A DNA stretch of 41,811 nt, taken from IMG/VR virus record IMGVR_UViG_3300029185_000006. The stretch is one strand, 5' to 3'. This document shows positions 29,111 to 39,153 of this stretch, in pieces; positions within the stretch are counted from its first letter, which is position 1, and the number at the start of each line of letters is the position of its first letter. Source of the stretch: a virus. Under the pieces are notes generated by a model. The model did not search any database. It saw only the letters and a list, made by a program, of their open reading frames with translations, and was not told the DNA's origin. A program made the position numbers and the translations under genes.

Positions 29111-30393
29111 TATGAAATCACCTCATCATTTATTTTAAGTATTCCGAGAGTGGCAACACTTATTTCATCTAAAGTAACGCTTTGACCGTTATTCAAAGTG
29201 CAGGAAACATTTGTAATATAATTACTGCATTCGTTATATATGGCAGTTAAAAACTGAATTGAGGTAAGTTCCGTATTATCGCTTGTTTCCCACTCACTCT
29301 TATAATCAGCTAAGGCGCTATTAATAACCTCTTTAACAGATGCTTTGACATCATCAACCGAATAGCCCTGCTTCAATGAAACGGTAATATCAAAATCAAC
29401 ATTAACAAGCTTTGCACTCTGAACGTTTACACAATGTCCTATCGGAACTATGCCATCACCACCGCCGTCAGTCGGGTCTAAGGTGGTTTTTAACTCATTA
29501 ATAAGTTCCTCACTCGGTTTATTCATATTACTGTCAAGAATATACACTTCAACCGTTCCACCTGATGACAACGTTTTATTTTTAATTGCTGATGATACGG
29601 CAGTAAGCCAATTTTTCACATAGGATGACAACGAACTATCAACCGCAGCATCGGCAATCCATTGATTAACCTCCTCATTAGGAACATACTCCGTTATACT
29701 CGAACGCATAACCTTGCAAGCGCCAACTTGACTGTTTTCTTTAATCTTATTGATATAGTCCTCACGATTGCCGCCAAAGGCTTTACTTTGCAAGGAACTA
29801 AAATACCTTACCCTAAAAGCTTCAACATCTTCCTCATCAACTCCGGGAACGATAACAGCACTTTTATAAGTTTCATTGCCATTGTCATCAAGGATTTTAT
29901 TACCCTTATCATCATAAAGAACTGCTCCTTGAATTTTTGCACTTTCAAGACCGTTAATTTCATCAACAGGTATAAGCGTTCCGCTTTCGAGATTGCCTAT
30001 AATTCCCTCTGTAACACAAACAATATCATAAGCACCTGCAATGTCATCACCGCTTATTACTTCAAAAGTAAGCTCATAATCTTCCGAAGTAAATCTATCC
30101 CCCACCTCAATCTCGGCAGTTGGTGGGTCTGCCATCATTCGCAAAGTTGACGGTGTCGCTTCAATCGGATATATATTTCTTTCGGCGGCTCTTTTGGTTA
30201 AATAATAATAGGATGCTGTGTCGGCAAATGTTTCTGTCAACACCTCGTCAAGTGCCTCGTAATATGTTTCAAGTTCCAACGCAAGCGGAGCAAGGGCGGT
30301 ATAAATAATAGAACCCTCTCGTTTGTCGATATCATCAGATACATTATTTAGCATTCTTTGCATAATTGTATTAAAAGTTTGATTTTCATACAT
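29110..30393 (-). CDS. Baseplate J-like protein (XkdT-like)
   Basis: 427 aa. Position and N-terminal MYENQTFNTIMQRML...REGSIIY resemble baseplate J. Confidence 0.75.
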   Translation of the reverse strand: MYENQTFNTIMQRMLNNVSDDIDKREGSIIYTALAPLALELETYYEALDEVLTETFADTASYYYLTKRAAERNIYPIEATPSTLRMMADPPTAEIEVGDRFTSEDYELTFEVISGDDIAGAYDIVCVTEGIIGNLESGTLIPVDEINGLESAKIQGAVLYDDKGNKILDDNGNETYKSAVIVPGVDEEDVEAFRVRYFSSLQSKAFGGNREDYINKIKENSQVGACKVMRSSITEYVPNEEVNQWIADAAVDSSLSSYVKNWLTAVSSAIKNKTLSSGGTVEVYILDSNMNKPSEELINELKTTLDPTDGGGDGIVPIGHCVNVQSAKLVNVDFDITVSLKQGYSVDDVKASVKEVINSALADYKSEWETSDNTELTSIQFLTAIYNECSNYITNVSCTLNNGQSVTLDEISVATLGILKINDEVIS

Positions 30394-30844
30394 TTATATT
30401 CACCTCCGTTTCAATTTCAATATCTTCATCAGCCGTTACTACTGTAAACTTTGCAAAAACATTTTTCTTTTTTACAGAAATATCAAAATCTGTAACGTCC
30501 TCAATACGGTCGTCCATTGTTAAAGCTTCTTTAATTCTGCTCGGCAAAACAGCACAAACATAGTCTTTATCTTGACCTATTAAATCTTGATACTCAAAAC
30601 CGTAGTTACTGCTAAAGGCTTCATCATTATATCTTTGCGTATTCAAAATACAAGAAACGACTTGTCTTATAGCGCTTTCGCTATCTTCTTCGTCAATCAT
30701 TCCGCTAAAACGTTTAGCGGCTGTATTCATTTTGAATGTGCGATTAGGATAAGATGAAATATCGACTTCCTCATCAATCTCGTCATCTGCCGATTCGTCA
30801 ATAATATCATCGTCATAAATGTAATCATCATTTGAAAATGCCAT
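30386..30844 (-). CDS. Baseplate protein, XkdS (DUF2634)-like, with an acidic N-terminus
   Basis: RTFKMN...IDEEDSESAIRQVVSCILNTQRYNDEAFSSNYGFEYQDLIG matches the DUF2634 pattern. Confidence 0.7.
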   Translation of the reverse strand: MAFSNDDYIYDDDIIDESADDEIDEEVDISSYPNRTFKMNTAAKRFSGMIDEEDSESAIRQVVSCILNTQRYNDEAFSSNYGFEYQDLIGQDKDYVCAVLPSRIKEALTMDDRIEDVTDFDISVKKKNVFAKFTVVTADEDIEIETEVNINV

Positions 30845-30854
30845 TTTTTGCCTC

Positions 30855-31121
30855 CTAATCTAAAACATCCAAAACAAGATATTTACCGCCGCCCTGCTGA
30901 CGGAGTAAAACTACTCTCGTTTCTGTTTTCTTAATATTGTCTCGTGCTGTTTTTGTCACATATAAAAAGCTCTCATCAACTGTTATTTTCTGACCGAGCG
31001 ATATTTTTAAAGGGCTGACATTTTTAACCCTGCCAAGCTTAATAATGCAGGGCTTAGAAGCATCCACAGCCTCTATCGCCGCCCTTTTCATTAATTGAAC
31101 AAGATTAGAGTTACTTGCCAT
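30855..31121 (-). CDS. XkdR (DUF2577)-like baseplate spike/plug protein
   Basis: ATG 31121 behind AGGAGGTG. LGRVKNVSPLKISLGQKITV pattern. Confidence 0.65.
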   Translation of the reverse strand: MASNSNLVQLMKRAAIEAVDASKPCIIKLGRVKNVSPLKISLGQKITVDESFLYVTKTARDNIKKTETRVVLLRQQGGGKYLVLDVLD

Positions 31122-32832
31122 TAAAGCCACCTCCTGAAAGAATAAGGTCCATTGTATGTTTGCCGTTTTCAAATTTATGCGTTACCTTTTCAACAAGCAA
31201 ATAACTGCTTATCTTACAGTTAGGCAAATTCATAATAACAGGCACCATTGAGCCTGCCCTTACGTTTCTATCACCGATTACATCTTTAACGGTAAGGCTT
31301 TTGGTTTTAGCGTTATACATTTTCATATATGCCTGTGCCTTTAGTTTTGCAACCTTGATATTATCCACCTTTTCGTAAAGCTGAAGTACACCCCATTGAT
31401 TGATGCTTTTTGACGACTGATAAACGATAGTGTGATAGGTCGTTTTCTTATCGTCTTTATTTGTTTTTTCATAAACAATTTTCACTCGATTGTATGTATT
31501 ACTGTCAATTGAGGTTTCAAGTGAATAATCTTGCGCTGTTTCAACATCAACCACACAACTATTCCTTTTCATATTGCTTATGTTTTTCAATGTCAGTTTA
31601 CCGCAATTATCGAAGAGCACATATATTTGACTTTTTTCAAGCATAGTGTTGTCGAGCGCATCTTGGATAATATCAAAACACTCCGAGCCCTCTTCAATAG
31701 CGGACATCTTATATTTTGTATCTGCTATTGACCCGCATTTCAAATTCATTCGCTTAGCCACCGTTTTAATGACCTGCGATGCCGTTTTCTTTTTGTATAT
31801 AAGGAAGTCCTTATTTTTCAGATAACGCAGTTGGTCATAAGCAACATAGCTGTAAATGCGGTCTTTTGAGATTTTCTTTGTAAAAACATATCCTACAAAC
31901 ATTGTTTTCGGGTCAGTTCCGTCACTTTTGCAAAGAGAAACAATAATACAGTCGCCCTCTTGAATGTTATATTTGTGGTTATCGTCATAAACAACCTCAA
32001 AATCAAATTGCCCCGGTGTGCCTTTTCTTTCCCAAGTAATTTTAGCACCCTCTTTAACAGGAACATACCTATCAATATATGAGCCTTGGGTAGTAGTAAA
32101 ATGCCGCCAAACGGTTTGAACATATGTACGGTTTTGCTTATTAGTATCAGTAATGGTAACGTTCTTAACTGCCGTTGATACTTTGGTTTTATTTTTCAGT
32201 ATTTTTTTCAAATACTTAATTTCTTCTGCCGAAGTATCTTTTGTTGTTGAGCTTTGATTATTTTTCGTGCCGCTGCTTGCAGCAGTACCGCCGCCTGTTA
32301 TGCTTCCATTGCTCGTAGAACTACCATTCTTATTGGACTTTATATTAGGTATCGAATTGCCTAATTTGCTTTGATTTTTTGGGCGAAGAATACCGTTAAT
32401 AGTATTCTTGTTATACGGAATACCCATACGGATAGACATTTTATCGTGCTTGCCTGTTCCATTTTGGTCGTAATAAGTGAAACGACCGTTTGAATTGCCA
32501 CCTGCAATAATAAAGATATGACCGTTTCCGCCACCACCTGACGTTTTAACTCCTATATCACCCTTTTGTACCTCATTATTCTTTTTATAAGTCGGTGTAA
32601 TAAAAACAAAATTGTTTTTTAACCACGTTGACGACTTACGGTTAAGCCACCACTCTTTAGCATTTCCTTTAAAGCCTGCACTTTTACCTGTGATACATTT
32701 TTCGATATACAGCAAAATCAAATCGACACATTGAACGCCGTAAGCCCTGTCATAATCAGTTGCTTTGCCAAGAAATGTAGAAACAAAGGTATCAAAATTC
32801 ATTGTCTGTCCGAATAGTCCTGTATTCGCCAT
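31111..32832 (-). CDS. Baseplate hub (XkdQ / gpD-like) fused to an N-terminal CHAP peptidoglycan hydrolase domain
   Basis: CHAP Cys in YGVQCVDL and His in GNGHIFII. S/T/G/N linker. The C-terminal part ends VTHKFENGKHTMDLIL as in XkdQ-type proteins. Confidence 0.8.
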   Translation of the reverse strand: MANTGLFGQTMNFDTFVSTFLGKATDYDRAYGVQCVDLILLYIEKCITGKSAGFKGNAKEWWLNRKSSTWLKNNFVFITPTYKKNNEVQKGDIGVKTSGGGGNGHIFIIAGGNSNGRFTYYDQNGTGKHDKMSIRMGIPYNKNTINGILRPKNQSKLGNSIPNIKSNKNGSSTSNGSITGGGTAASSGTKNNQSSTTKDTSAEEIKYLKKILKNKTKVSTAVKNVTITDTNKQNRTYVQTVWRHFTTTQGSYIDRYVPVKEGAKITWERKGTPGQFDFEVVYDDNHKYNIQEGDCIIVSLCKSDGTDPKTMFVGYVFTKKISKDRIYSYVAYDQLRYLKNKDFLIYKKKTASQVIKTVAKRMNLKCGSIADTKYKMSAIEEGSECFDIIQDALDNTMLEKSQIYVLFDNCGKLTLKNISNMKRNSCVVDVETAQDYSLETSIDSNTYNRVKIVYEKTNKDDKKTTYHTIVYQSSKSINQWGVLQLYEKVDNIKVAKLKAQAYMKMYNAKTKSLTVKDVIGDRNVRAGSMVPVIMNLPNCKISSYLLVEKVTHKFENGKHTMDLILSGGGFNGK

Positions 32833-32838
32833 AATAGA

Positions 32839-33522
32839 TTATCTCCTTTTCTTCTTAGCTGTCTTTTTGAGCTTAAGCGTTTGACCGGGAAGCAATTTTG
32901 CTTTTTTCCTATCCTTATTGGTTTTCAGCTTTTTAAGTAGCTTCTTTTTGGAATTTTTAACAGTCTTTTTATTAAGATTGTAAATTGTTTTCCATTTTGC
33001 TGTATCACCGAAATACTTTTTTGCAAGGCTTGAAAGTGTATCATTCTTTTTGGTCTTAACCGTTTTAGGCGGCTTGGCCGTTAGCCTTTTAGCGCCCCAA
33101 GTTTTATACTCTTTGAGTGTCAAATTTATTGATACATCAGTGCCAAGGTCTTTAGCATCCTCGGTTACCTCGATATTTTCAACAGTAACCTTATAGCTTT
33201 TGCTTTCGTAATTGCTGTCAGTAGCACCGTTAGGCGATTTTCTTGTAATCGTAAAAGCAACAACCTTTTTAGCCGTTTGGTAAGCCCTAAGCTGTTCAAC
33301 ATAAGCTTCAGGTGTGCCTGATTTACCAACAGCCGCAAAAGGATAGTTATATCGTGGCAATATAAGGTCACTAATGTTAAACTCTATTAAACTCGGCGAT
33401 TTGCAGTAAGAAACCTCACCCTCATTAATAAGAGTGACAGTTTCATTATTGCTTTTCATTGTTTGAGTTATTTTGCTTGGTGTAATCGGAAAAACGAATT
33501 CATCAATTTGCATTAAATACAT
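32839..33522 (-). CDS. LysM-domain tail protein (XkdP-like)
   Basis: C-terminal KKNDTLSSLAKKYFGDTAKWKTIYNLN...LPGQTLKL is a LysM domain. Follows the tape measure gene. Confidence 0.75.
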   Translation of the reverse strand: MYLMQIDEFVFPITPSKITQTMKSNNETVTLINEGEVSYCKSPSLIEFNISDLILPRYNYPFAAVGKSGTPEAYVEQLRAYQTAKKVVAFTITRKSPNGATDSNYESKSYKVTVENIEVTEDAKDLGTDVSINLTLKEYKTWGAKRLTAKPPKTVKTKKNDTLSSLAKKYFGDTAKWKTIYNLNKKTVKNSKKKLLKKLKTNKDRKKAKLLPGQTLKLKKTAKKKRR

Positions 33523-35696
33523 TAATGATTACCCCCTGCGTTAGAGTTAAGACCCTGCTCAATCGTACTTCTCAAATGCTCTGTCACATCGTCAATATCA
33601 AGGTCGTTACTTATGTTGTTATGATTTATCATTTCTACATTAACAGAGTTAGTATAGCGATTTATAATCTGTTCTTCTGCCATATCCTTTAAGTATTCAA
33701 TGTTTTCGCTTGTAGCGGCTACCGAATCACTTATACTTGATGCGCTGTTAGCGGTGGAAGCAGTTGAATTTGAAATTTTATTAAGCAAATCAGCTAAATC
33801 ATTATTGTTTTTATCAACAACAAGTTTAGAGGTCATTTTGTTAGCAAATGCTAAACCTTTGCCATAAGCATCTTTATAGCTTTTTCGATTGATGCCTTTA
33901 GGCGCAAAATCAAATTTTTTAGTATAGTTTACGTTTGCGCCTACTCTGTCTAAATATGACTTTGCCGAATCAAGCTTAGCAGTAAAATTTTGACCTGTAA
34001 TATCGTCCCAAATTCTTGTAAATGCCTGTGCAAAGCTTACTAAGCCTCCAAGCATTTTTGCTAATAGATTAGTAAAAGCATCCTGCATACTGTTAAATCC
34101 GCCTGTAAATATGTTATAAACCCAATTCATAATATCCTCTACCGGCTTAACCAAAAGCATATACAATAATTGAATAATACCGTTTAAAATTCCTATAACA
34201 AAATTGTAAATACCTGCACCGACGACAAAGACCGAGCCAGCTAAATTCTGCAAGCCTGTTGTTGTGTCCGTTTTAAAGTGGTTAAAACCTGCAACACAAG
34301 CTGTAATTATTGAAACTAATGCTATAAATCCTAAAACAACCAAAGTAACAGGACAAGCAAGCATCGCCGTATTCAAACCAACTTGTGCCCCTGCGGCTGT
34401 TTCTGTTGCCGCCGCTTCAAACAATGTAGCTCCTGCTTTCATAGCAGATTTTGCTGTTGCAATTCCAATCAACCCATTATGAATTGCTTGAACTGCATTC
34501 AACAGAATAAGCGAGCCTTTAAACACACCAACAACTCCTACAACACCGGCAACCACAGGTATTATACTATCAATGTTATTTATAGCCTTTTCTATCCAAC
34601 CATTAATAATTTGAAAAGCAGGACCAAGCATAATTATTAAATTTCCTGCCGCTGTACCCAAATTGCCAATCGTTGTTTCTGCAAACTTTCCGAAATCCGA
34701 TATAATTGTTCTTATATCTTTTCCAAAAACTTTCTCAACTGCCGCATCAATTTCAATGATTGCATCTTGCAATCCTCTTGTAATGGCAACATACATATTA
34801 TTTACAGTAGCTTCATACGATGCCGAAGCGTTTTGCGCCGCCCCTGCTATTTTCAATACACCGTTAGTACCCTCTTCAAAAGCCGTAGAAACAGTTGTAA
34901 TAAAGTTTTGCGAACTGATAGTACCTTTGCTCAACGCATTTTGAACAGCACTCGCACTTTGTCCTGTTGCCTGAGCATAAATTTCAACAGCACCGATACC
35001 GACATCAGTTATTCTGTTTAACTGTTCCATTTCAACTGTGCCTTTTGACATCATTTTACCAAGTGCATCAGTAACAGTACTTAGTTGTTCGTCTGTGCCT
35101 GCCCCATAAAATGAAACAGCATCGAGCCACTTTGTAACCTCGCTTGTAGCATTGCCGATATTCATACCCCTTGTAACAAAGTTTTGAACTGCAATCGCCG
35201 CAGTATCAAGATTATATCCTGTCCCGGTAACTGAATCTCTTATACTGTTTAGCGATGCTTTCGCCATTTGACTGCTACCTGTAATGGCAGTCATAGTTCG
35301 ATTATAGTTATCTATGGTATCAATTCTGCTAAAAGCACTACTTAATCGGCTTGAAATCATACTACCGATACCTTTTGCAATAGTTATACCACCAATAGCA
35401 GAAAGGAAACTTGATATTGATGACTTTGTATTGTTAAAACTGCTACTCATTTGTGCCGTAGAACGCTGAACTGAATTTCCTGCCGTAACCACTGTGGAAT
35501 TTATTTTGTTAATTTCATTATTGCACATATTTATCGCCCTTTGCGCCTTATTAACAGCAGTAGTATCAAAACCTTTAACAGTAGCCGTATTGACTGAATG
35601 CAAAGCATCGACTGTATATTGCAAAGCAGAAGTGATATTACGCAACGGTGCTGTCATTCTGTCGGCAATAGTTAGTGTAGTTGTTATGGTTGCCAT
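33522..35696 (-). CDS. Tail tape measure protein
   Basis: 724 aa, Ala/Gly/Ser-rich helical protein with a central hydrophobic region. Located after the chaperone genes. Confidence 0.9.
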   Translation of the reverse strand: MATITTTLTIADRMTAPLRNITSALQYTVDALHSVNTATVKGFDTTAVNKAQRAINMCNNEINKINSTVVTAGNSVQRSTAQMSSSFNNTKSSISSFLSAIGGITIAKGIGSMISSRLSSAFSRIDTIDNYNRTMTAITGSSQMAKASLNSIRDSVTGTGYNLDTAAIAVQNFVTRGMNIGNATSEVTKWLDAVSFYGAGTDEQLSTVTDALGKMMSKGTVEMEQLNRITDVGIGAVEIYAQATGQSASAVQNALSKGTISSQNFITTVSTAFEEGTNGVLKIAGAAQNASASYEATVNNMYVAITRGLQDAIIEIDAAVEKVFGKDIRTIISDFGKFAETTIGNLGTAAGNLIIMLGPAFQIINGWIEKAINNIDSIIPVVAGVVGVVGVFKGSLILLNAVQAIHNGLIGIATAKSAMKAGATLFEAAATETAAGAQVGLNTAMLACPVTLVVLGFIALVSIITACVAGFNHFKTDTTTGLQNLAGSVFVVGAGIYNFVIGILNGIIQLLYMLLVKPVEDIMNWVYNIFTGGFNSMQDAFTNLLAKMLGGLVSFAQAFTRIWDDITGQNFTAKLDSAKSYLDRVGANVNYTKKFDFAPKGINRKSYKDAYGKGLAFANKMTSKLVVDKNNNDLADLLNKISNSTASTANSASSISDSVAATSENIEYLKDMAEEQIINRYTNSVNVEMINHNNISNDLDIDDVTEHLRSTIEQGLNSNAGGNH

Positions 35697-35709
35697 TTTA
35701 TCAGTCCTT

Positions 35710-36302
35710 TCATTTTAAATCTTTTCGAGCCTTGTCCTCAGCCTCTACTCTTAAATCAATAGAAGCTATAATAAAGGCTCTTTCTTTTTGCGATAAATTC
35801 GCAAAAGTTGAGGGCAAAATCCGTAATTTTTGGAGGGCGTAGTGCGCATAAGCCGCATCTCCGTCCTCTTGAATTAGTTTTTTGCCTTTTCGACATCATC
35901 GTTAATATCAGTAAAGCCGTTAAGTTCTGTCACGAAAACAAGGAACTGTGAATATTCGCCGGGGTTATCAATCATCTCAACAATAAGAGCCTCAGGTGTC
36001 TTTACGCCGTAGCTGTCCTGTAACTCAGCATCATTAAGATTCGGCTCAACAACCGATTTTGCAATAAGAGAAGCATTATACTTAGCAACATCAAGCTGTT
36101 GTTTAAACTGATTAGGTTTGCCAAGAATAGGTACATCCTTTGTGTACTTATCTCTCATAGCCTCAGCTTCTTTAGTGGTAAGCGGTTTAATAGTCCATTC
36201 AATCGGATTGCCGTTTTCATCGGTAAATGACTTCGTAGGGACATACTTAACATTTTCCCTTACTGCTTTATTTTCTTTAAGAAATCTACTGAATTTTGAC
36301 AT
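35710..36302 (-). CDS. Predicted -1 frameshift-extended tail assembly chaperone (G/GT-type product)
   Basis: A_AAA_AAC lies at the last codons of the XkdN-like ORF. The -1 frame is open for 55 codons (LIQEDGDAAYAHYALQKL...ARKDLK), has no start codon of its own, and stops 14 nt before the TMP ATG. Confidence 0.55.
35874..36302 (-). CDS. Tail assembly chaperone (XkdN-like)
   Basis: MSKFSRFLKENKAVRENVKYVPTKSFTDENGNPIEWTIKPLTTKEAEAMR matches the XkdN pattern. Lies between the tube and TMP genes. Confidence 0.8.
   Translation of the reverse strand: MSKFSRFLKENKAVRENVKYVPTKSFTDENGNPIEWTIKPLTTKEAEAMRDKYTKDVPILGKPNQFKQQLDVAKYNASLIAKSVVEPNLNDAELQDSYGVKTPEALIVEMIDNPGEYSQFLVFVTELNGFTDINDDVEKAKN
35877..35883 (-). 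other. Slippery heptamer A_AAA_AAC
   Basis: Minus strand reads GCA AAA AAC TAA. Read directly. Confidence 0.6.
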
Positions 36303-36321
36303 AGTTATTTATCCTTTCGTT

Positions 36322-36357
36322 TTTAAAAAAAGTAAGGGACTGAATAATCAGCCCCCT
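36322..36357 (-). terminator. Intrinsic terminator/attenuator after the tail tube gene
   Basis: Minus-strand stem gggggctga/tcagtccct (wobbles only on the minus strand), loop ttat, then TACTTTTTTT. Confidence 0.6.
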
Positions 36358-36370
36358 ATAATTATTTTGC

Positions 36371-36841
36371 TTACATTCCAGCAAGCTTGTTGAATTTGTT
36401 AGGAATTTCAAAATCCTCAAAAGTAAAGTCCATATCCTCGTCAAGGTATTCACCGTCGGCATCAAATTTTGCAAGGATGCCGCCGTCAATATTACAATTG
36501 ATAAGGTTTACGGTCTGTAAGCCTACGCTTGAAGTCGGGTCCTCGTTGGTAACCTCAATATCGAAATAAACATCTTCGCCTGTTCTCTTATATCTTTCGA
36601 GAAGTTCACGGAAAATTGAAGTGTTATAATGGAATGTTGCAGAGCCTGAGCCTTTCCAACCTGTAGACTTATTACCCTTACCTGTTTTACCCAAAATAGG
36701 TACTTCGGTTTTGGTCTTTTCAACCTTAGCCTCAAGCTTAATTGCCTGCATAAAATTGTATCTGTTTCCGTCGACAGTAACATAACACTCTGCAAGTTTC
36801 GCAGATACGGTATCTTTTGCATTCATAATACTTTTAGTCAT
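36371..36841 (-). CDS. Tail tube protein (XkdM-like)
   Basis: AECYVTVDGNRYNFMQAIKLEAKVEKTKTEVPILGKTGKGNKSTGWKGSG resembles XkdM/DUF2001. Follows the sheath gene. Confidence 0.85.
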   Translation of the reverse strand: MTKSIMNAKDTVSAKLAECYVTVDGNRYNFMQAIKLEAKVEKTKTEVPILGKTGKGNKSTGWKGSGSATFHYNTSIFRELLERYKRTGEDVYFDIEVTNEDPTSSVGLQTVNLINCNIDGGILAKFDADGEYLDEDMDFTFEDFEIPNKFNKLAGM

Positions 36842-36861
36842 TGTATCTTATACCTCCCTTT

Positions 36862-38166
36862 TTACTGTACTGTAACAGTCATATAGAGCTGTTCCATAGC
36901 ATTTACAGGCGTAACCGCTTCTGTCACTACAACAGATTTCTTTGTGTCACCCTGCTCAACGATAACTGTATCGCTGTTAAAGTCCTCAATCGCCCTGATT
37001 TGCTCTAATTCCTTGTGATGCTTAACAATATCTTTCCAAAGCGAATTTCTGCCGCCTCGGTCATTAGGAATAATACCAAGATATCTTGTGTTGAACATAA
37101 CAGCAATATCATTTGCAATTTGGTCGAGAACTCGAATCGTCTGATTAGATTTAAAGTCATCGCCCTTTGCAACTGTAACAGTAACAAGAGAGTTGATATC
37201 GGATAATACACAAATATTATCATCGCTCTGCTGAAGCGTGAACTCGCCGTCTTTGATAGCCTGTTCAAGCTGTGCCTGCGTATAATCAACATTAACGGTA
37301 TATTCGCCGTCATATTTAGTATTAGTGCAAGATTTATTGACTGCAACACCTGCAATAAGGCCTGTCACCCAATAAACAAGGTCTGCCTTTGTAGCACCGT
37401 CTGTAACATCATTTTTAAGGTTGACAACACCCTCATAATCAGCTTTCTTGTTATAAACAACAAGCTGAAATTTCTTGCCCACCTCATCACGAAGTCGCTT
37501 ACAAAAGCTTATGTAAAGCTCTTTTGTGCTGTCGTCCTCAGTTGCAACACCCATTGCGTTAAATGAATACCTCTCAATTTTATCAAGGTATTTTTGGTGT
37601 GATTCACCGTCTGCTGTACCGTTAGTACCACCTGTAAGGGCAGTTTTAGCTGTCACGATAAGATTAGCTGATGAAATGAATGTAACAAAATCATTATCAA
37701 CAAGTTCACTTGCCTTAGCTACAGTTTGAATATCAACAGTTTTATTATCAAAAACTGTTTTAACATCAAATTTGCTTTGCTCGTCAACATTCTTCTCAAT
37801 CACAATAGCAATATCGTTTCCTCTTGTGCCTGTGTATTTTGCTTTTGCAAAGGTACATTCAGCTTGCTTGCCACCACCATTTAAGCGGAAGCAATGAAGT
37901 GTTATAGCGTTCTTAAAGATTTCACGCACAGGCTTAAGCTCGTCGGCATCAAAAGAATAGCCGAAAATCGTATTGCTGTTCTTTTTAAAATCCGAAGCTG
38001 TCACCGTAAACACCTTATCATCCGCACCCCAATTAAGAGGCAATGCAATTGTTGCAATTCCTCTGTCTGATAAAGCAGTTGATGCATTAGCCGCTGATAC
38101 AAAGTTAATATATGCACCCGGCAAAGTCTTGTTTTGTGCTGTAAAAGCACCGCCGCCAAAAGCCAT
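36862..38166 (-). CDS. Contractile tail sheath protein (XkdK-like)
   Basis: 434 aa. N-terminal TLPGAYINFVS is typical of sheath proteins. Located upstream of the tube gene. Confidence 0.9.
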   Translation of the reverse strand: MAFGGGAFTAQNKTLPGAYINFVSAANASTALSDRGIATIALPLNWGADDKVFTVTASDFKKNSNTIFGYSFDADELKPVREIFKNAITLHCFRLNGGGKQAECTFAKAKYTGTRGNDIAIVIEKNVDEQSKFDVKTVFDNKTVDIQTVAKASELVDNDFVTFISSANLIVTAKTALTGGTNGTADGESHQKYLDKIERYSFNAMGVATEDDSTKELYISFCKRLRDEVGKKFQLVVYNKKADYEGVVNLKNDVTDGATKADLVYWVTGLIAGVAVNKSCTNTKYDGEYTVNVDYTQAQLEQAIKDGEFTLQQSDDNICVLSDINSLVTVTVAKGDDFKSNQTIRVLDQIANDIAVMFNTRYLGIIPNDRGGRNSLWKDIVKHHKELEQIRAIEDFNSDTVIVEQGDTKKSVVVTEAVTPVNAMEQLYMTVTVQ

Positions 38167-38167
38167 A

Positions 38168-38332
38168 TTATTTCACCTTTCCTTTCAAATACTTTTTGAT
38201 TAATTCGTGAGTTTCTTTAACGGTATATATTTCACCGTCAATAAGAAGAGCAGTCAACAAATCTCGATTACTTGAAAAAGCATCCGAGTTAATCAACTGC
38301 TCTTTTGTGTATTTTGTTTCTGTTTTTTTCAT
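38168..38332 (-). CDS. Small 54-aa protein preceding the sheath gene
   Basis: MKKTETKYTKEQLINSDAFSSNRDLLTALLIDGEIYTVKETHELIKKYLKGKVK. RBS AAAGGTGA. Fills the only gap in the head-tail operon. Confidence 0.55.
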   Translation of the reverse strand: MKKTETKYTKEQLINSDAFSSNRDLLTALLIDGEIYTVKETHELIKKYLKGKVK

Positions 38333-38336
38333 TTAA

Positions 38337-38756
38337 TCACCTTTGATTTAATTTCAACTCATTCATTTTGTCTACATTATCACCGACTACCTTTTTAAAG
38401 AAGTTATAGCTTACCTGAAAATTGAGCATATTGTCGCTAAGTGGCTCGCATTGCATATCCTTACCGAAAAACTTATCCTCTCCGTCATCAATACAATCCA
38501 AACAGGTATAAAGCCTGTTGGATATCTCGCTACGCTTTTCGGCGCTCACATCATTAATCGGTATAAACTGAATTGATATACGATTTTCAGAACGCAAACG
38601 ATTATTTATAAATCTGTTTTGAGCGTTGCGAACATAACTAATGAAAAAGCAGGATTTATTTAAACCCTGCTTAATTTCATCAATATAGTATTCGTAATCA
38701 TCGCCGAACTCGTTATATAAAGCATTGCATACGCCATTAATTAATAAATCAGCCAT
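38337..38756 (-). CDS. Tail completion / tail terminator-type protein
   Basis: About 139 aa between the gp10-like and sheath genes. ATG 38756 overlaps the upstream stop. Function assigned by position only. Confidence 0.55.
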   Translation of the reverse strand: MADLLINGVCNALYNEFGDDYEYYIDEIKQGLNKSCFFISYVRNAQNRFINNRLRSENRISIQFIPINDVSAEKRSEISNRLYTCLDCIDDGEDKFFGKDMQCEPLSDNMLNFQVSYNFFKKVVGDNVDKMNELKLNQR

Positions 38757-39153
38757 TAGTAAACAAATCTCCAAACTCTTTTTTCATTCTTCTTTCAAGG
38801 TAGGTCGGTATAACGTTTCTTACCTCGTCCTCTGCTGTACTCAACATTTTAAAGCCGTCAACAAACTTGTCGCTATTCTTTATTCTGTGTCCGAACTCAA
38901 CATAATCGGCATACGAAGTATTATTAGTAACACTTGTCTTAAATGTATCGCCGATTTTTGACATTTCAAGGTTATCGGTTATAGTAAAGCCTCTTCTCAA
39001 AGTACCTGAATCAACAGGGCTTCGTTTTGCCGCTTTTTTAAATATTTCCGATACAATCCTTATTGAACAATCCTTACAAAAATCATCAATACGGCTTTGC
39101 TCATTTTCAAGAGAATTAATAAGTTCTTCAAAAGCCTTTGTATCACAACTCAT
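38749..39153 (-). CDS. HK97 gp10-family head-tail protein
   Basis: PVDSGTLRRGF...NNTSYADYVEFGH matches the gp10 family pattern. TAATG overlap with the upstream gene. Confidence 0.75.
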   Translation of the reverse strand: MSCDTKAFEELINSLENEQSRIDDFCKDCSIRIVSEIFKKAAKRSPVDSGTLRRGFTITDNLEMSKIGDTFKTSVTNNTSYADYVEFGHRIKNSDKFVDGFKMLSTAEDEVRNVIPTYLERRMKKEFGDLFTNG

